64,000 nucleotides of DNA from Pristiophorus japonicus (GCF_044704955.1 NC_091997.1:5890001-5954000), one strand, 5' to 3'. Positions 12,707 through 24,637 are shown, numbered from the stretch's first letter. Notes: generated from the letters alone by a model not told the origin. Program-made: numbers and translations.

Positions 12707-13130
12707 CCAACCAGTCCATGTCGGCATTTATGCTCCACTCGAGCCTCCTCCAGTCTTTCCTCATCTGAATCTATCAGCATAACCCTCTATTCCCTTCTCC
12801 CTCATACGCTTGTCTAGCTCCCCTTAAATGCATCTATACTATTTGCTTCTACTATGGCACGAGTTCCACATTCTCACCATTCTGGGTAAAGAAGTTTCTT
12901 CTGAATTCCCTATTGGATTTCTTGGTGACTATCTTATATGCTCCTCCCCACAAGTGGAAACATTCTGTATCCACTCTATCAAAAGCTTTCATCATTTTAA
13001 AGACCTCCATTAGGTTACCCCTCGGCCTTTTAACAAGAGAAGAGACTCAGCCTGTTGATCCTCTCCTGATATGTATATCCTCATATTTCTGGTATCCTTG
13101 TAAATCTTCTCTCACCCTTTATCAAATGCC
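12707..13130 (-). mobile_element. Old CR1-like 3' remnant, the host of the RTE insertion (its other part is at ~5895-5938)
   Basis: acacagaaacaggccattcgccccaaccagtccat joins to gtcggcatttatgctccac across the TSD. Confidence 0.6.
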
Positions 13131-13339
13131 TTTTGAAAGTCCATATACACATCATCTAAGGCACATCTAGTTTGCCTTCTGCCATCCTGGTTATTGCATG
13201 ATCCAATGAAAATTGAGTTGTTGACTAATCATAGCTATCAATGTCTACATCACTCCCAACTGACACCAGGAAATACCCCCCCCCCCCCCACACACACACA
13301 CACACAGTGGTTGAGAGCATTGGGTCAAGTTCCAAAAAA

Positions 13340-13710
13340 AATCCCCTCTAAACCTCCTACCAATTATTTTAAATCTATGCCTCCCTGGTTGTTGACCCCA
13401 CTGCTAAGGGAAATAGATCCTTCCTATCCACTCTTATCTAGGTCCCTCATAATTTTATACACCTCAATAACATCTCCCCTCCGCCTCCTCTGTTCCAAAG
13501 AAAACAACTCCAGCCTATCCAATCTTTCCTCATTGCTAAAATTCTCCAGTCCAGGCAATATCCTCATAAATCTCCTCTGTACCCTCTCTAGTGCAATCAC
13601 ATCTTTCCTGTAATGTGACCAGAACTGCACGCAGTACTCGAGCTGTGGCTTAACTAGTGTTTTATACAGTTCAAGCATAACCTCCCTGCACTTGTATTCT
13701 ATGCCTCGGA
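13340..13710 (-). mobile_element. CR1 fragment (different subfamily)
   Basis: ORF 13424-13732 contains [18 protein letters not shown] and LERVQRRF. Confidence 0.85.
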
Positions 13711-14112
13711 TAATATACTTTAGATTTTCCAAAAATTACTGATTTGGCTTAAAGAATAAATTAGCATCCACTGTTATTGGTTCAATAAGGATGTTATTGA
13801 AGGACTTTAAACGTCAGAGATTGATTCCACCTTTCATTTTGACACTGGGATGGGTCCTGAAAATCCTAGCCTGGGAGGGTAGGATGGTGGATAACCCAAT
13901 GCTACTGGGTCTCTCCCCAGTGGAAGTGATCTCACAATGCCATATCCCTAATGGCAATTGATTCAGCGTGATCGATTGCTACTGGAAGCAGCAGCTTCAA
14001 TATAAGATTAGTAGGTTGCTGCGATTGTCTTTGGGCGGGAAGCTGCTCTGTTATCCTTGGCTCCCTGCCCCACCTCCCCCACTCACGGCAGATGCCCAAG
14101 CAGCATTATGGG

Positions 14113-14825
14113 CATAAGAAATAGGAGCAGGTGTAGGCCATTTGGCCCCTCGAGCTTGTTCCGCCATTAAATAAGATCATGGCTGATCTGATCCTGGCCT
14201 CAACTCCACTTCCCTGCCCGCTCCCCATAACCCTTTACTCCCATATCATTCAAAAATCTGTCCATCTCCACCTTAAATGTATTCAAATACCCAGCCTCCA
14301 CAACTCTCTGCGGTAGAGAATTCCAAAGATTCCTTCTGAGAAAAGAAGTTCCTCCTCATCTCCGTTTTAAATGGGCGACCCCTTATTCTGAAATTATGCC
14401 CCTTAGTTCTAAATTCCCCCATGAGGGGAAACATCCTCTCTGCATCAATCCTGTCAAGTCCCCTCAGAATCTTATATATTTCAATAAGATCACCTCTCAT
14501 TTTTCTAAACTCCCAAGGAGTATAGGCCCAACCTGCTGAACCTTTCTTCATATGACAACCCCTTCATCTCAGGCATCAACCTCGTGAATCTTCTCTGAAC
14601 TGCCTCCAATGCAAGTATATCCTTGCTTAAATAAGGAGATTAAAACTGTACGCAGTACTCCAGGTGTGATCTTACCAACGCCCTGTACAGTTGGAGCAGG
14701 ACTTCCCTACGTTTATACTCCATCCCCTTTGCAATAAAGGCCAACATTCCATTTCCCTTCCTGCTTACTTGCTATGCCTGCAAGCCAACTTTTTGCATTT
14801 CATGCACAAGAACCCCCAGATCACT
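14113..14825 (-). mobile_element. CR1 3' fragment
   Basis: Tail cataagaaatagg; ORF 14273-14551 MRGDLIEIYKILRGLD. Confidence 0.85.
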
Positions 14826-14830
14826 TTCAT

Positions 14831-15940
14831 GGCCCCAAGTTTCGCCATGATTTGCTCCTGATTTTTAGGAGCAACTGGTGTAGAACGGAGTATCTTAGAA
14901 ATCGGAATTCTCGCCATTTAGTTTGCTCCAGTTCTAGTCAGTTAGAACAGTTTCACTTTGGAACAGAATTTTTTTTTCAAAAGGGGGCGTGTCCGGCCAC
15001 TTACGCCTGTTTTCAAAGTTTCGTCAGTGAAAACTTACTCCAAACTAACTTAGAATGGAGTAAGTGAAGATTTTTGTACGCTGGAAAAAACCTTGTCTAC
15101 ACTTTAGAAAATCAGGCGTAGGTTACAAATTAGGCCTAGGGAATGGGGGGGGGGGGGGGGGGGGGGAAGGGAAGTCATTAAATTCTACAATCAATCCTTA
15201 GTTATACTTATACAAATATTATACAAATAAATCAAACCTGAATAAAAATGTATAAGCAAAGAAAATATTAAATAAACCATCTTCCCACCTGTGTGAAATA
15301 GCATCAGCCTTCGAGCTGCTGTGCTTCAGGCAGGCCTTTCATGTTGGAGACAGGCAGGGGTGTGGCGTCAGTGTCTCGACGGCAGTGGTAGGCGGGAAGC
15401 AGCCTTCGAGCTGAGCTGCGGTGCTTGAGGCAGGCCTTCATTCCCCGCGAAGATGCAGCTCCCGGACGGACTTGAGGCCATTCGGCCATGAGATAGCAGC
15501 GGCGTCAGTGGCTGGCCGGGAGCCGAAGAAAGAACACAGGACACACGCAGCTGATTAAGATTCTTTAGGCCGTTCGGCCACGCTTATGGGGCGGCGTCAG
15601 TGGGTCCAAGAAACAAATCTTCACTTTTTCTGCAGTCCTTTTAAAAATGGCCGAGTGCCAAGGTTTGTTTGAGACTGCGCATGCGCGCACGCTCCAACGC
15701 GCACGCGCAGGGTTGCCGGCACCACGAAGGCTAATTTAAATTGTACCCGCCCCCTGCTACTTAGAAAATCGGCGCGAGTGTTAGGCTCCGTCCCCCTGCT
15801 GCGAAGAGCGCGCCAAGCAGACATCGAGCTCCAAGGAGCTCGAGAATATCGGACTTTTGTTTAAGCGCAGTTTTCGGCGCGAAAAACAGGCGCCCAGCTC
15901 GGAGGTGCGCCATTTTTGCCGCGGGACGAAACTTGGGGCC
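14831..15940. mobile_element. Non-autonomous DNA transposon (MITE-like, probably PIF/Harbinger)
   Basis: Perfect 14-bp TIRs GGCCCCAAGTTTCG...CGAAACTTGGGGCC; 3-bp direct repeat CAT on both sides; no transposase ORF. Confidence 0.75.
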
Positions 15941-15994
15941 CATATGTTAACATTTTATGTTAATGACCTCATGTCAAGGATTTGAGGCTGGGTC

Positions 15995-16422
15995 AGACCA
16001 GCGGCTGGATGTATTCACTGGAGTTCAGAAGGATGAGAGGGGATCTCATAGAAACATATAAAATACTGACGGGACTGGACAGGTTAGATACAGGAAGAAT
16101 GTTCCTGATGTTGGGGAAGTCCAGAACCAGGGGACACAGTCAAAGGATAAGGGGTAAGCCACTTAGGACCGAGGTGAGGAGAAACTTCTTCACTCAGAGA
16201 ATTGTTAACCTGTGGAATTCTCTACCGCAGAGAGTTGTTGAGGCCAGTTCGTTGGATATATTCAAGAGGGAGTTAGATATTGCCCTTACGGCTAAAGGGA
16301 TCAAAGGGTATGGAGAGAAAGCAGGAAAGGGATACTGAGGTGAATGATCAGCCATGATCTTATTGAATGGTGGTGCAGGCTCGAAGGGCCGAATGGCCTA
16401 CTCCTGCACCTATTTTCTATGT
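15995..16422 (+). mobile_element. CR1 3' fragment
   Basis: ORF 15982-16338 YSLEFRRMRGDLIETYK; tail cctattttctatgtt. Confidence 0.9.
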
Positions 16423-17489
16423 TAAAAGATGAGCGGCATTTTAAAAAGGAACAGACAAAAGGGGATGAAAAAACAAACATACGAGGGAGGAAGTAGAATG
16501 ACCTGTAGTATGTTTAAAAGGAAAGCAAGCTTTGTACTGGAGTGATATTAATATTATACAGTAGCATAATTAAAGACAATTAGGAGACACCAAAAATATA
16601 TGGATAGCTAAGGTGGTTGTGGGGGGTGGTGGATTTGGGATATGGCGGGTTTTAAATGGATACGGGAAAGCTGGCTGTAAAGAAAGTGTGGGCTATAGTT
16701 GAGGTCTGAAATTATTAAAGTCAATGTTAAGGCTGGGGGACTGAAAACTTTCACAATCTTGTGCTGTTTAGTTTTTCAACCATTTTGTAAAGATTACTCA
16801 CTCTAGTAGATAAATTGCCCAAATGAAATGTCACGATTCAGGGACATGAAAGTGCAACTACTTAAGAAAGTACTAATTGTGCTTTGATGCTGACCAGCGA
16901 CAAGGAAAGCTAAAATAATCAACTGAATAACTCAAAAGAGACAGCTGGTTTACGGATAACTCTATGATGCAGGCTATTTGCACGATTTACCGTCCAATAA
17001 ACCACTAGAAATTAGATCTAATTATATTGTTTTAGAATATGTAATACAATATTGTACAGCTAATAAATTTAATTTAAACAAAATTGGAACATGTAACCAT
17101 ATTTGCAAACATATCACTATTCAGCAGCATTGACTTAATTTTCATAAACTGATACAGAAACAAGTATAATGATTGCAATTTTTACAAATGACAGTTTAAA
17201 TGTTTTTAGACCATTGATACTGACGTGACTAATGCTGGTCTATTTCTGACTTAATGCTGTTCCTGTGCAGCACAATAAATAGTTAGGCACTAAGTAAAAC
17301 CAAAATGCTATCAGGGTAAATTCACGAAGGGTCTTGAATTAGATGTGGAAGGCAGAGGTCATCAAGCATCATGTGGCATAATTATGCAGTTACAGAAATT
17401 GCCAAGTCTCTGGACCTGAGGTGGGACAGTGCAAGAGCTGTGAGTCACAGCACTACTTTCAGAGTATGGTCACGCCTTCAAACCTTCAA

Positions 17490-17660
17490 TTACAACAACA
17501 ATTTACATTTATATAGCGCATTTAACATAGCAAGACGCCTCAAGGTGCTTAACAAGAGCGATATCACTAAAAACACCAAGCCACAGAAGGAAATATCAGG
17601 ACAGATGACCAAAAGCTTAGTCAAGGAGCATCTTAAAGGTGGAGAGAGAGGTTTAGGTTT
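17490..17660 (-). mobile_element. L2-type LINE/SINE 3' end remnant
   Basis: acaacaacaatttacatttatatagcgcatttaac resembles the reverse complement of an L2-type 3' terminus. Confidence 0.5.
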
Positions 17661-17855
17661 ACCTACCAGCAGCCTGTTAAACACTTCTACTTCACCAGGC
17701 ATATTTGCAGCTAACTTTTTGAGTACTTTATTTGCACGATTTACCCTCCACTAAACCACCACTAATTGACTTAATTACTGTTTTACAACATGTAATACCA
17801 TATTAGCACAAAATGTGTTGCCTGTTATCTAACTGTTACGCCACTGGGACAAATA

Positions 17856-18015
17856 ATTCCAGAAGTTTCTAAAGTTACACCGATGTGTCACTGAGTCGAG
17901 TCATTCTGTTTAAAGTAAGTCTGAGACCTCGGTTATTTTCTGCTCACGTGTCATAACCCCAGCAATGTTGAGCTAATTCTGGAAGTGTCTGGAGTTCTGG
18001 GAGTGCAATATATAA
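17856..18015 (+). promoter_or_regulatory. Heat-shock promoter of hsp30 copy 1: distal HSE, E-box, proximal HSE, TATA
   Basis: aTTCcaGAAgtTTCt (17856-17870, perfect 3-unit HSE); CACGTG 17945-17950; aTTCtgGAAgtGTCtgGAG from 17976; TATATAA 18009-18015. Confidence 0.82.
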
Positions 18016-18109
18016 GGCGGGTGTTCTGAGTGCTGTAGCAGATCAGAGACTGAAGACCGGGAGTTCACATCAGTCGTGTTTGTGAGAAGTGATAGAAGAG
18101 GCAGAGACA

Positions 18110-18772
18110 ATGCTGAGCTGTCGGGCTGTCCACCCTTCACGTCTGTGCCAGCAGCCTGTGTGCACATTGTGGCCTGTCCCACACACAGTCTTTGAGCCGT
18201 TTGAATGCAACAGGTGGGAACAGGAGGAAGAAGTGAGAAAGATCATGAACTTCATGAACCGAGTTCTTGGGGAGCTGGCCAAAGAATTCTGGGAGGGAAG
18301 ACCAAAATATCAGGACAACAGACCTGATGATAATGAAGACGGTAAAAGCCAATCAGAGGGCAAGGATGGAGATGGCTTTTCTCTGTCCCTGGATGTCCAG
18401 CAGTTCTCCCCAGAAGAACTGAAGGTGAAAGTATTTGGAAGAAAAGTGCTGGTGACAGGAAAACACGAGAAGAAAAGTGATGATGGGAGCGGCTCTTACA
18501 GCTACAAATATGAAGAGTTCAGGAGAGAATTTCAGCTGCCAGAAGATGTCGATGCTCAAGCTCTTAACTGCTGTTTGTCACAGGACGGTCGGTTAAAGGT
18601 TCAAGCCCCACGCCTGGCACTGCCAGCTGTGAATGGACGAACCGTCCCCATCAACATCACCTCTGATACAACAACCGCTCCCCGGCTAAACCCAGGCAAA
18701 GAGGCACAGAAACAGGACGGTGGAAAGGATGAGGGGAACAAGGAAGAGGCGGAAGCAAAAAAGGATATTTAA
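18110..18772 (+). CDS. hsp30: Small heat-shock protein, Hsp30-like, intronless (copy 1; C-tail ...EAEAKKDI)
   Basis: Alpha-crystallin domain FSLSLDVQQFSPEELKVKV...FRREFQLPEDVD...LSQDGRLKVQAP and IXI-like VPI motif. The ATG at 18110 is the likely start; the track start is a GTG. Confidence 0.92.
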   Translation: MLSCRAVHPSRLCQQPVCTLWPVPHTVFEPFECNRWEQEEEVRKIMNFMNRVLGELAKEFWEGRPKYQDNRPDDNEDGKSQSEGKDGDGFSLSLDVQQFSPEELKVKVFGRKVLVTGKHEKKSDDGSGSYSYKYEEFRREFQLPEDVDAQALNCCLSQDGRLKVQAPRLALPAVNGRTVPINITSDTTTAPRLNPGKEAQKQDGGKDEGNKEEAEAKKDI

Positions 18773-19659
18773 GACTCATTTACAATGATTTTATCTAGTT
18801 ATAAAAAAAGAATTAAATATTGCCAGAAGTGAGCTTCTCGGAAATTGATGTCATAGTGTTGAAAATCTGATATTGTTTAATGTTGCATTACTGTAGATAA
18901 CTAGATTATTTTTTTCTACATGGTATAACAATGAAATGTTCAGAAAAGTGATTCCCTTTGTTATTTTATTAAAATTAAATTCTACTAGTCTATGGCTACA
19001 GGTGTTTCATTGAAGTTTACAGCACAGAGGGAGACCATTCGGCCCATCATGCTGCAGGGGTAATCACACCATCTCACAACAACCAGCAACTGGAGCTCGG
19101 TTCTAAAATATTCCTTCCCGGTAGTGAATGATTGAGACCCATTTCACTTAGATTCTGTTCACTTAGAATTGAAACAAGTTTGTAGTTGTATTGATCTCTG
19201 GGCAGGAATCTGGGCAAGGTGAGCACATTACATTCGCAAAAGAAAGAAAAACATAGCTACCAACTTTCATCAATTGTATATAAAATATTAAATAATGTTC
19301 ATAGCATACACCTAAAATATTATTTAAAGGTAAACTAGGAAAGTAGGATATGAAATTAAATTAGTAAAAAGTAAATTAAAAACAGATACCAGGAAGAACC
19401 TCTTCACTCAGAGAATGAATAATGTTTGCACTAATCTGCCAGGCTGGGATGTCGAGACGGCATCATTTGAGACGCTTAAAATACAACTGGATGCTGTAAT
19501 CAGACAGCTTGAGGACGACAGGAATTAGCTTCAATGGGTTAATCTCATCCTACAGACAACTCAGAGTGAAATATTAGGAGGGTGATCAACTTTTAAGACA
19601 TCCCTGATTTGTTGATCAATCTCTCACATATCTGCAAAAATGTTTCCAGAAAAATCTTT

Positions 19660-19812
19660 TCTGAGTTTTGGACTCGCGGGGAATCAAGGAATATGGGAAT
19701 CGGGTGGGAAATGGAGTTGAGGTCGAAGATCAGCCATGATCTTATTGAATGGCGGAGCGGGCTCGAAGGGCCGTATGGCCTACTCCTGCTCCTAATTTTT
19801 ATGTTCTTATGA
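19660..19812 (+). mobile_element. Short CR1 3' tail fragment
   Basis: gatcagccatgatcttattgaatggcggagc...tatgttcttatg. Confidence 0.75.
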
Positions 19813-20329
19813 GTTGGGCACTGACCGAAACAAAGCGTTTTGGGTTCCTGCCATGTGCTCACATTCCAAATGGGTGCCTCGTATTTCCAGAATCTGAAGT
19901 GATGCCACAAGCAGCCAGACACTTGGTCCCGCTCTTTTCATATGGCTCAAGAGGAAGCAACTCAGAGCCCTGGGAGTGGCTTCTTGCTCATTTGCAGTGT
20001 ATGCTGACTCCTTCATGCGCTGGACACAGGGAGTTAATAGATCCTGTGAGAGCAACACATTATAATCACTAGCACAAACTAACACACATTTTGCTAACAT
20101 GAATAATAATCATGTTTTATGGATGGGCAGAGGGATGAGAGTCAGACCTGTGAGAAAGAGATGTCAATTATTTCTTCAGTGGTTTGTTCCACAGAATATC
20201 AAGTCACCCACTCCAGGCCCTGTGATACATTCTTACCATATCACTAAAACACACCTTACAAGACGGCTCTTAACAGAAAACTCATTATGTGACTTTGCCA
20301 TATGATCGTTTACTATTTACACCAGTGGT

Positions 20330-20359
20330 TGCAGTACCAAGGAGTCCACTAGGTGGAGC
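20330..20359 (+). promoter_or_regulatory. Candidate CTCF site with upstream module
   Basis: TGCAGTACC-aaggagt-CCACTAGGTGGAGC; core has one mismatch to CCASYAGRKGGCRS. Confidence 0.45.
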
Positions 20360-20434
20360 AGTAGTGCACTCGGGGGAGCTCTATTACAGGCCCCAGTGCA
20401 TCTCTGCTGGAGGAAGAATAGGGAAAAAGGTACA

Positions 20435-21065
20435 CATTTGCATATAATTAGCATTTTATAGTGGCTTTAATGTAGAAGCGTACCAAGGCACGTTACAGAG
20501 TGGAGAAAATAATAGATAAAAGTAAACGGAATGGTCCCTAAGCAATGGAGGGAGATGAGCGGGAGTGTCTGAAAGTTTTGTAAGAAAGATGGATTCTGAC
20601 GGTTTTTATAGCTGGAGAGAGAAGTAGGGAGTTGTTGAGGTGTAGGGAGGGAGTTGCAGAGAGTAGGCCGAGGTGGCTAACGGCTCTGATAGGAAGGCGG
20701 ATGCTGAAAACAGCCAGATGATTGAAGGAATATGGAATGTAAGGCTGGAGGTAACTGCGGAGATAGAGTGGGGCAAGGCCACTGAGATATTGGAAAATAA
20801 AGTTTAGGACCTTAAAACAATGTGTTGTGGGATAGGGAGCCAGTGTAGGTCAGCAAGGATGGAGGTGATGGGCAAGTGGTGTGTAAAATATTACACATGG
20901 CCGGATTTTGGACAAGTTGTAGTTTATGGGATGGGAGTCGGGCAAACAGGGCATTCGATAAATTGAGGCTAGAGATAATAAGAAGTTAAATGAGGGGTTA
21001 AGGACCTGTGGGACTGAGGCGGGTGATGTTTATCGTTGGAAATAAGTGGCCCTGGTGACAGAAAG
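20435..21065 (-). mobile_element. Old L2-type LINE remnant
   Basis: gcattttatagtggctttaatgtag 3'-end motif followed by purine-rich decayed L2-like sequence. Confidence 0.45.
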
Positions 21066-21201
21066 TTCAGTTCAAAGCTCAACCAATGTCAAAGACAAAA
21101 TGAATTCTCACTTGGAGCCAACACAGACTTGTCAAAGGCAAATCATGTCTGATAAAGCTGATACAGTTCTTTAATGAAGTAACAGACAGTTGATTAAGGT
21201 A

Positions 21202-23291
21202 GTTATTGTGTATGCAAGCACTCTAATAATGACTCCACGAGGTACGGTTATAGTACTTGAACTGTAGTGACCTTAGTCCTTTTATTGCAGCTCCTAGAGT
21301 GAGGACACCAAGAGGTGAGCTCCCTTTTATACTGTGTTACCTGCAGTGTACAGGTGACCCTTCGGTCTCCAGCAGCAGCACCCTCTGGTGTACAGGTATA
21401 GTTTATACAGGGTGAAGGTACATTCAGTGGTCTAGTGTTACAGTACATACATTAACATGCATACATAACAACATTCTCCCCTGAGCCTTTCCCAAGTCCT
21501 TATTGCCATGACATGGAGAGGTGATCAGTAGTGGGCTGTGGGAGGTTGTGGTGAGGGTCGTGTGGGTGCCAGGTGTGATCCATGTGCTTGCGGCTGCACT
21601 TGTCCATCTTCACGTTGGTGGATTCCGCAGTGGTGGAGTAAGTGCTGTGAGTAAGGTACATACATTGTAGAATGGGTAGGTGGTGGTGTTTGGTGGTGAG
21701 CAGGGCCACAGGGCTGTGTGGCCTCCTTGTCCCCCATTGGTGGTGGGAGTCTGGTCATCCCAGGTTCTGCCGGGAAAGCTGGAGAGTACTGGCTTCTTGC
21801 TCCCGGTGCTGGCCCTGGTGGCCAGGGGGTATAGGGCCGATCTGGGACAGGTTGCCAGTGGTGGTGACTGTGCTGCCCATTGACCGCTGTCCCTGCAGTG
21901 GGTATTCTCCCACTGAGTGTGTGTGAACCCTTCCTGGGGCATCACATTGGTCCCGGAAGCACAGGCTACATGATCGGGTAGCCCGCTGGACCTGGGTGTT
22001 TCCCACGGGGGTTTCCTTTGGCATTGACAGTATACCTGTAGAACCCGGTGTCATTTATCATTCTATCAATAGCATACATGACACATTGGCTCCGATTGCA
22101 TCTAGTTGACTCGACATTGTTATATCTCTTTACATTTTCAAATTTGTCACTTACAACGCTTTCTTGTGAACTATCAGTATTTCTGTACAAGGTTGCATTT
22201 ATCACGTTAGCATTACTGGCATCACTGTTCAACAGTACAAACTTGTTACTTACATAACTTTTTGAAGCATTCATTACATTTCTCCCATTAGCATTGTCGG
22301 CATCACCATTTAACAGTACTTTTGTATACCTGCATTCATTTACTACACTTTTATCTTTAATATCACTGGCATCGCTGTGCCTAGAGTGGAACTGTCCCTT
22401 TAATTGTTTTGGGTTGCCGGTCTCCTTTAAGAGGGCCTTACAATCTTTACACCAATCCGGTTCGCCGCTCGGTGACACATGTTGCTCCCTCAACGCTGCC
22501 CCTCGTGGTCTGGTCGTGGCCATCTTGATTCCAGGTGCTTCGCCTCGTGGTGCGGGCGCCATTTTCTCTCTCCGCGAGGTAGGCTGCGGTGATCCTTTTC
22601 TCCCCAGGTTCTGCCACGGACGCCGGGAATCTATCTTCTGCACCGATCTTCTTCCCTCGGAGTCCTGCTACTGGAGCCTGGTTGTTCAGGTTGGATCATC
22701 TTGCCGCTGAGTTGTGCATTGTCTGTGTCGTCGCCACGCAGTCGAGTCGGACGGTAGGTGCCGTGATGGATCCAAGTTTGTGGCCGCGTGGGATGTCGAT
22801 CGCTGGGGCCTGGAGATTTGGACTTGCTTCATCCATCTTTTACCCAGCAGTGTTGGACCATCACTGGCAACAATCCACAAGGGGAGCTTGTGCATCGCGC
22901 CGCCATGGGACACCTGGACGTCCACGCTGCCAACGAGTGGGATGGTGCCTTCTGTTTAGGTGAGCAGCTTTGCCTGGACTGTGGACATTTTTGGTCGTTC
23001 GGCGGGATTGTCCCAGAGTTTCTCTAACGCCGTCTGAGTCATCAACGACTGGCTCGCCCCCGTGTGATCGCCAATTATTGTGTATGCAAGCACTCTAATA
23101 ATGACTCCACGAGGTAAGGGTATAGTACTTGAACTGTAGTGACCTTAGTCCTTTTATTGCAGCTCCTAGAGTGAGGACACCAAGAAGTGAGCTCCCTTTT
23201 ATTTTTGGTAACCTGCAGTGTACAGGTGACCCTTAGGTCTCCAGCAGCAGCACCCTCTGCTGCACAGGTATAGTGTGTACAGGGTGAAGGG
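21202..23291 (-). mobile_element. Non-autonomous LTR retroelement (LTRs 21202-21470 and ~23074-23291, the latter truncated) inside an old CR1 RT remnant
   Basis: Direct repeats starting ttattgtgtatgcaagcactctaataatgactccacgagg; PPT-like caggggagaatg and PBS remnant tggcgat on minus; protease remnant LPLWIVASDGPTLLG; no RT or integrase; flanks join as GKSCL...AFDKVP. Confidence 0.82.
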
Positions 23292-24374
23292 CATTTGATA
23301 AAGTACCACGTACTGACATCACAGGTGGGAGGGGCCTACCTGGAGCTCTGCTTCAGATCATTTTGTTTTAATATAATAAATGCAACAGAGGATCTTTTGT
23401 CTCGCTAACTTCTCAGTTTATGACCGAGGCTCAATTGAATTCTCAGTGTCTTTGCCTCCCAATAAAAGAGCAAAGAGTGACGTAAACTGGACGTTATTCA
23501 GCCATGGAGTTCTCTATTGCCCTTGACACCAGATCTTATCAGAAATGTGTTTAACAAAATGGGTATTGTGTTGTTAAAGCATTCTAGGAAACTGAGTAAC
23601 AAGAAGAAATCATGATATGCTCTCACTTATTTAAGAAAAGCTAATTCCAAGATCTGGAGCGGGTGTGTAGAGGAATCATGAATAGAAATATAGCAACACA
23701 TTGGAAACTACCCCAGCACAAAGAATTACACTGGGATAAAGTTTGGGAACAATCGGGAATTAGGTCGACTGAAAATTGTCTGAGATAAGGAACTCAGTGT
23801 GCTGGGGTCCTCCACTGAGTGGGGCATCCCCGAGAACATAAATAACCTCAGGCTCACATCTGGTAGTCAGTGTTGAGCTGAATTTTCTGCAAATAACAAA
23901 CTATTTAACATGATAGACTTTTAAACATCATTTGACTACAATATAATGTCCATGGAGTATTTCCAGACAGTAGGAATGAGAAGGCCATCACTCCATCATC
24001 TCAGAACACTGGACTGTAACACATTACCATAGCAACGCACTGTGGGAAATGAAACAGAAAACAAGGGAATTGATGACCCTCTATTGGGCAGAATCAGAAC
24101 ATTACTTGATTTAAACCAAACTGATCTGAATTTCATTCTTTCTGATCACTCTGCTCTGCTGTGGTTAAATGTCACTTTAATATCTTGAACATGACTGAAA
24201 ATAGCAGAGCTAGAAAGTCACTGACCGACTCTTCATTATCTCACAATGTTAGTTTATCGTTCACTAAGTTGAACACATCTACTTCTCAGCAAACACCCCT
24301 TTACCACAAAGTCTGCCTTGTACTGGCCTGTCAATCATTTGCCCCTCCCACCTGTGCTGTCACTGGGTGAGTAC

Positions 24375-24543
24375 ATTCCACAAGTCTCTGGAATTGCACC
24401 AGTGGGTGTCACTGAATCCCAGTCATTCTTGTTTAAAGCAAGGCTGAGATGAGACGTCAGTTATTTTCTGCTCACGTGTCATAACCCCAGCAATGTTGAG
24501 CTAATTCTGGAAGTGTCTGGAGTTCTGGGAGTGCAATATATAA
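24375..24543 (+). promoter_or_regulatory. Promoter of hsp30 copy 2 (degenerate distal HSE, proximal HSE, TATA)
   Basis: aTTCcaCAAgtCTCtgGAAt; aTTCtgGAAgtGTCtgGAG at ~24504; TATATAA 24537-24543. Confidence 0.78.
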
Positions 24544-24637
24544 GGCGGGTGTTCTGAGTGCTGTAGCAGATCAGAGACTGAAGACCGGGAGTTCACATCA
24601 GTCGTGTTTGTGAGAAGTGATAGAAGAGGCAGAGACA

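Noticed and set aside
18089-18109. MIEEAET N-terminal extension of Hsp30 in the ORF track
   Set aside because: It starts at a GTG; the first ATG after the TATA box is at 18110 (likewise in the other copies).
17973-18559. Antisense ORFs repeated at every hsp30 copy (MGQATMC..., MAFTVF..., MSIDIF...)
   Set aside because: They recur only because the sense genes are near-identical; mostly non-ATG starts and no independent evidence.
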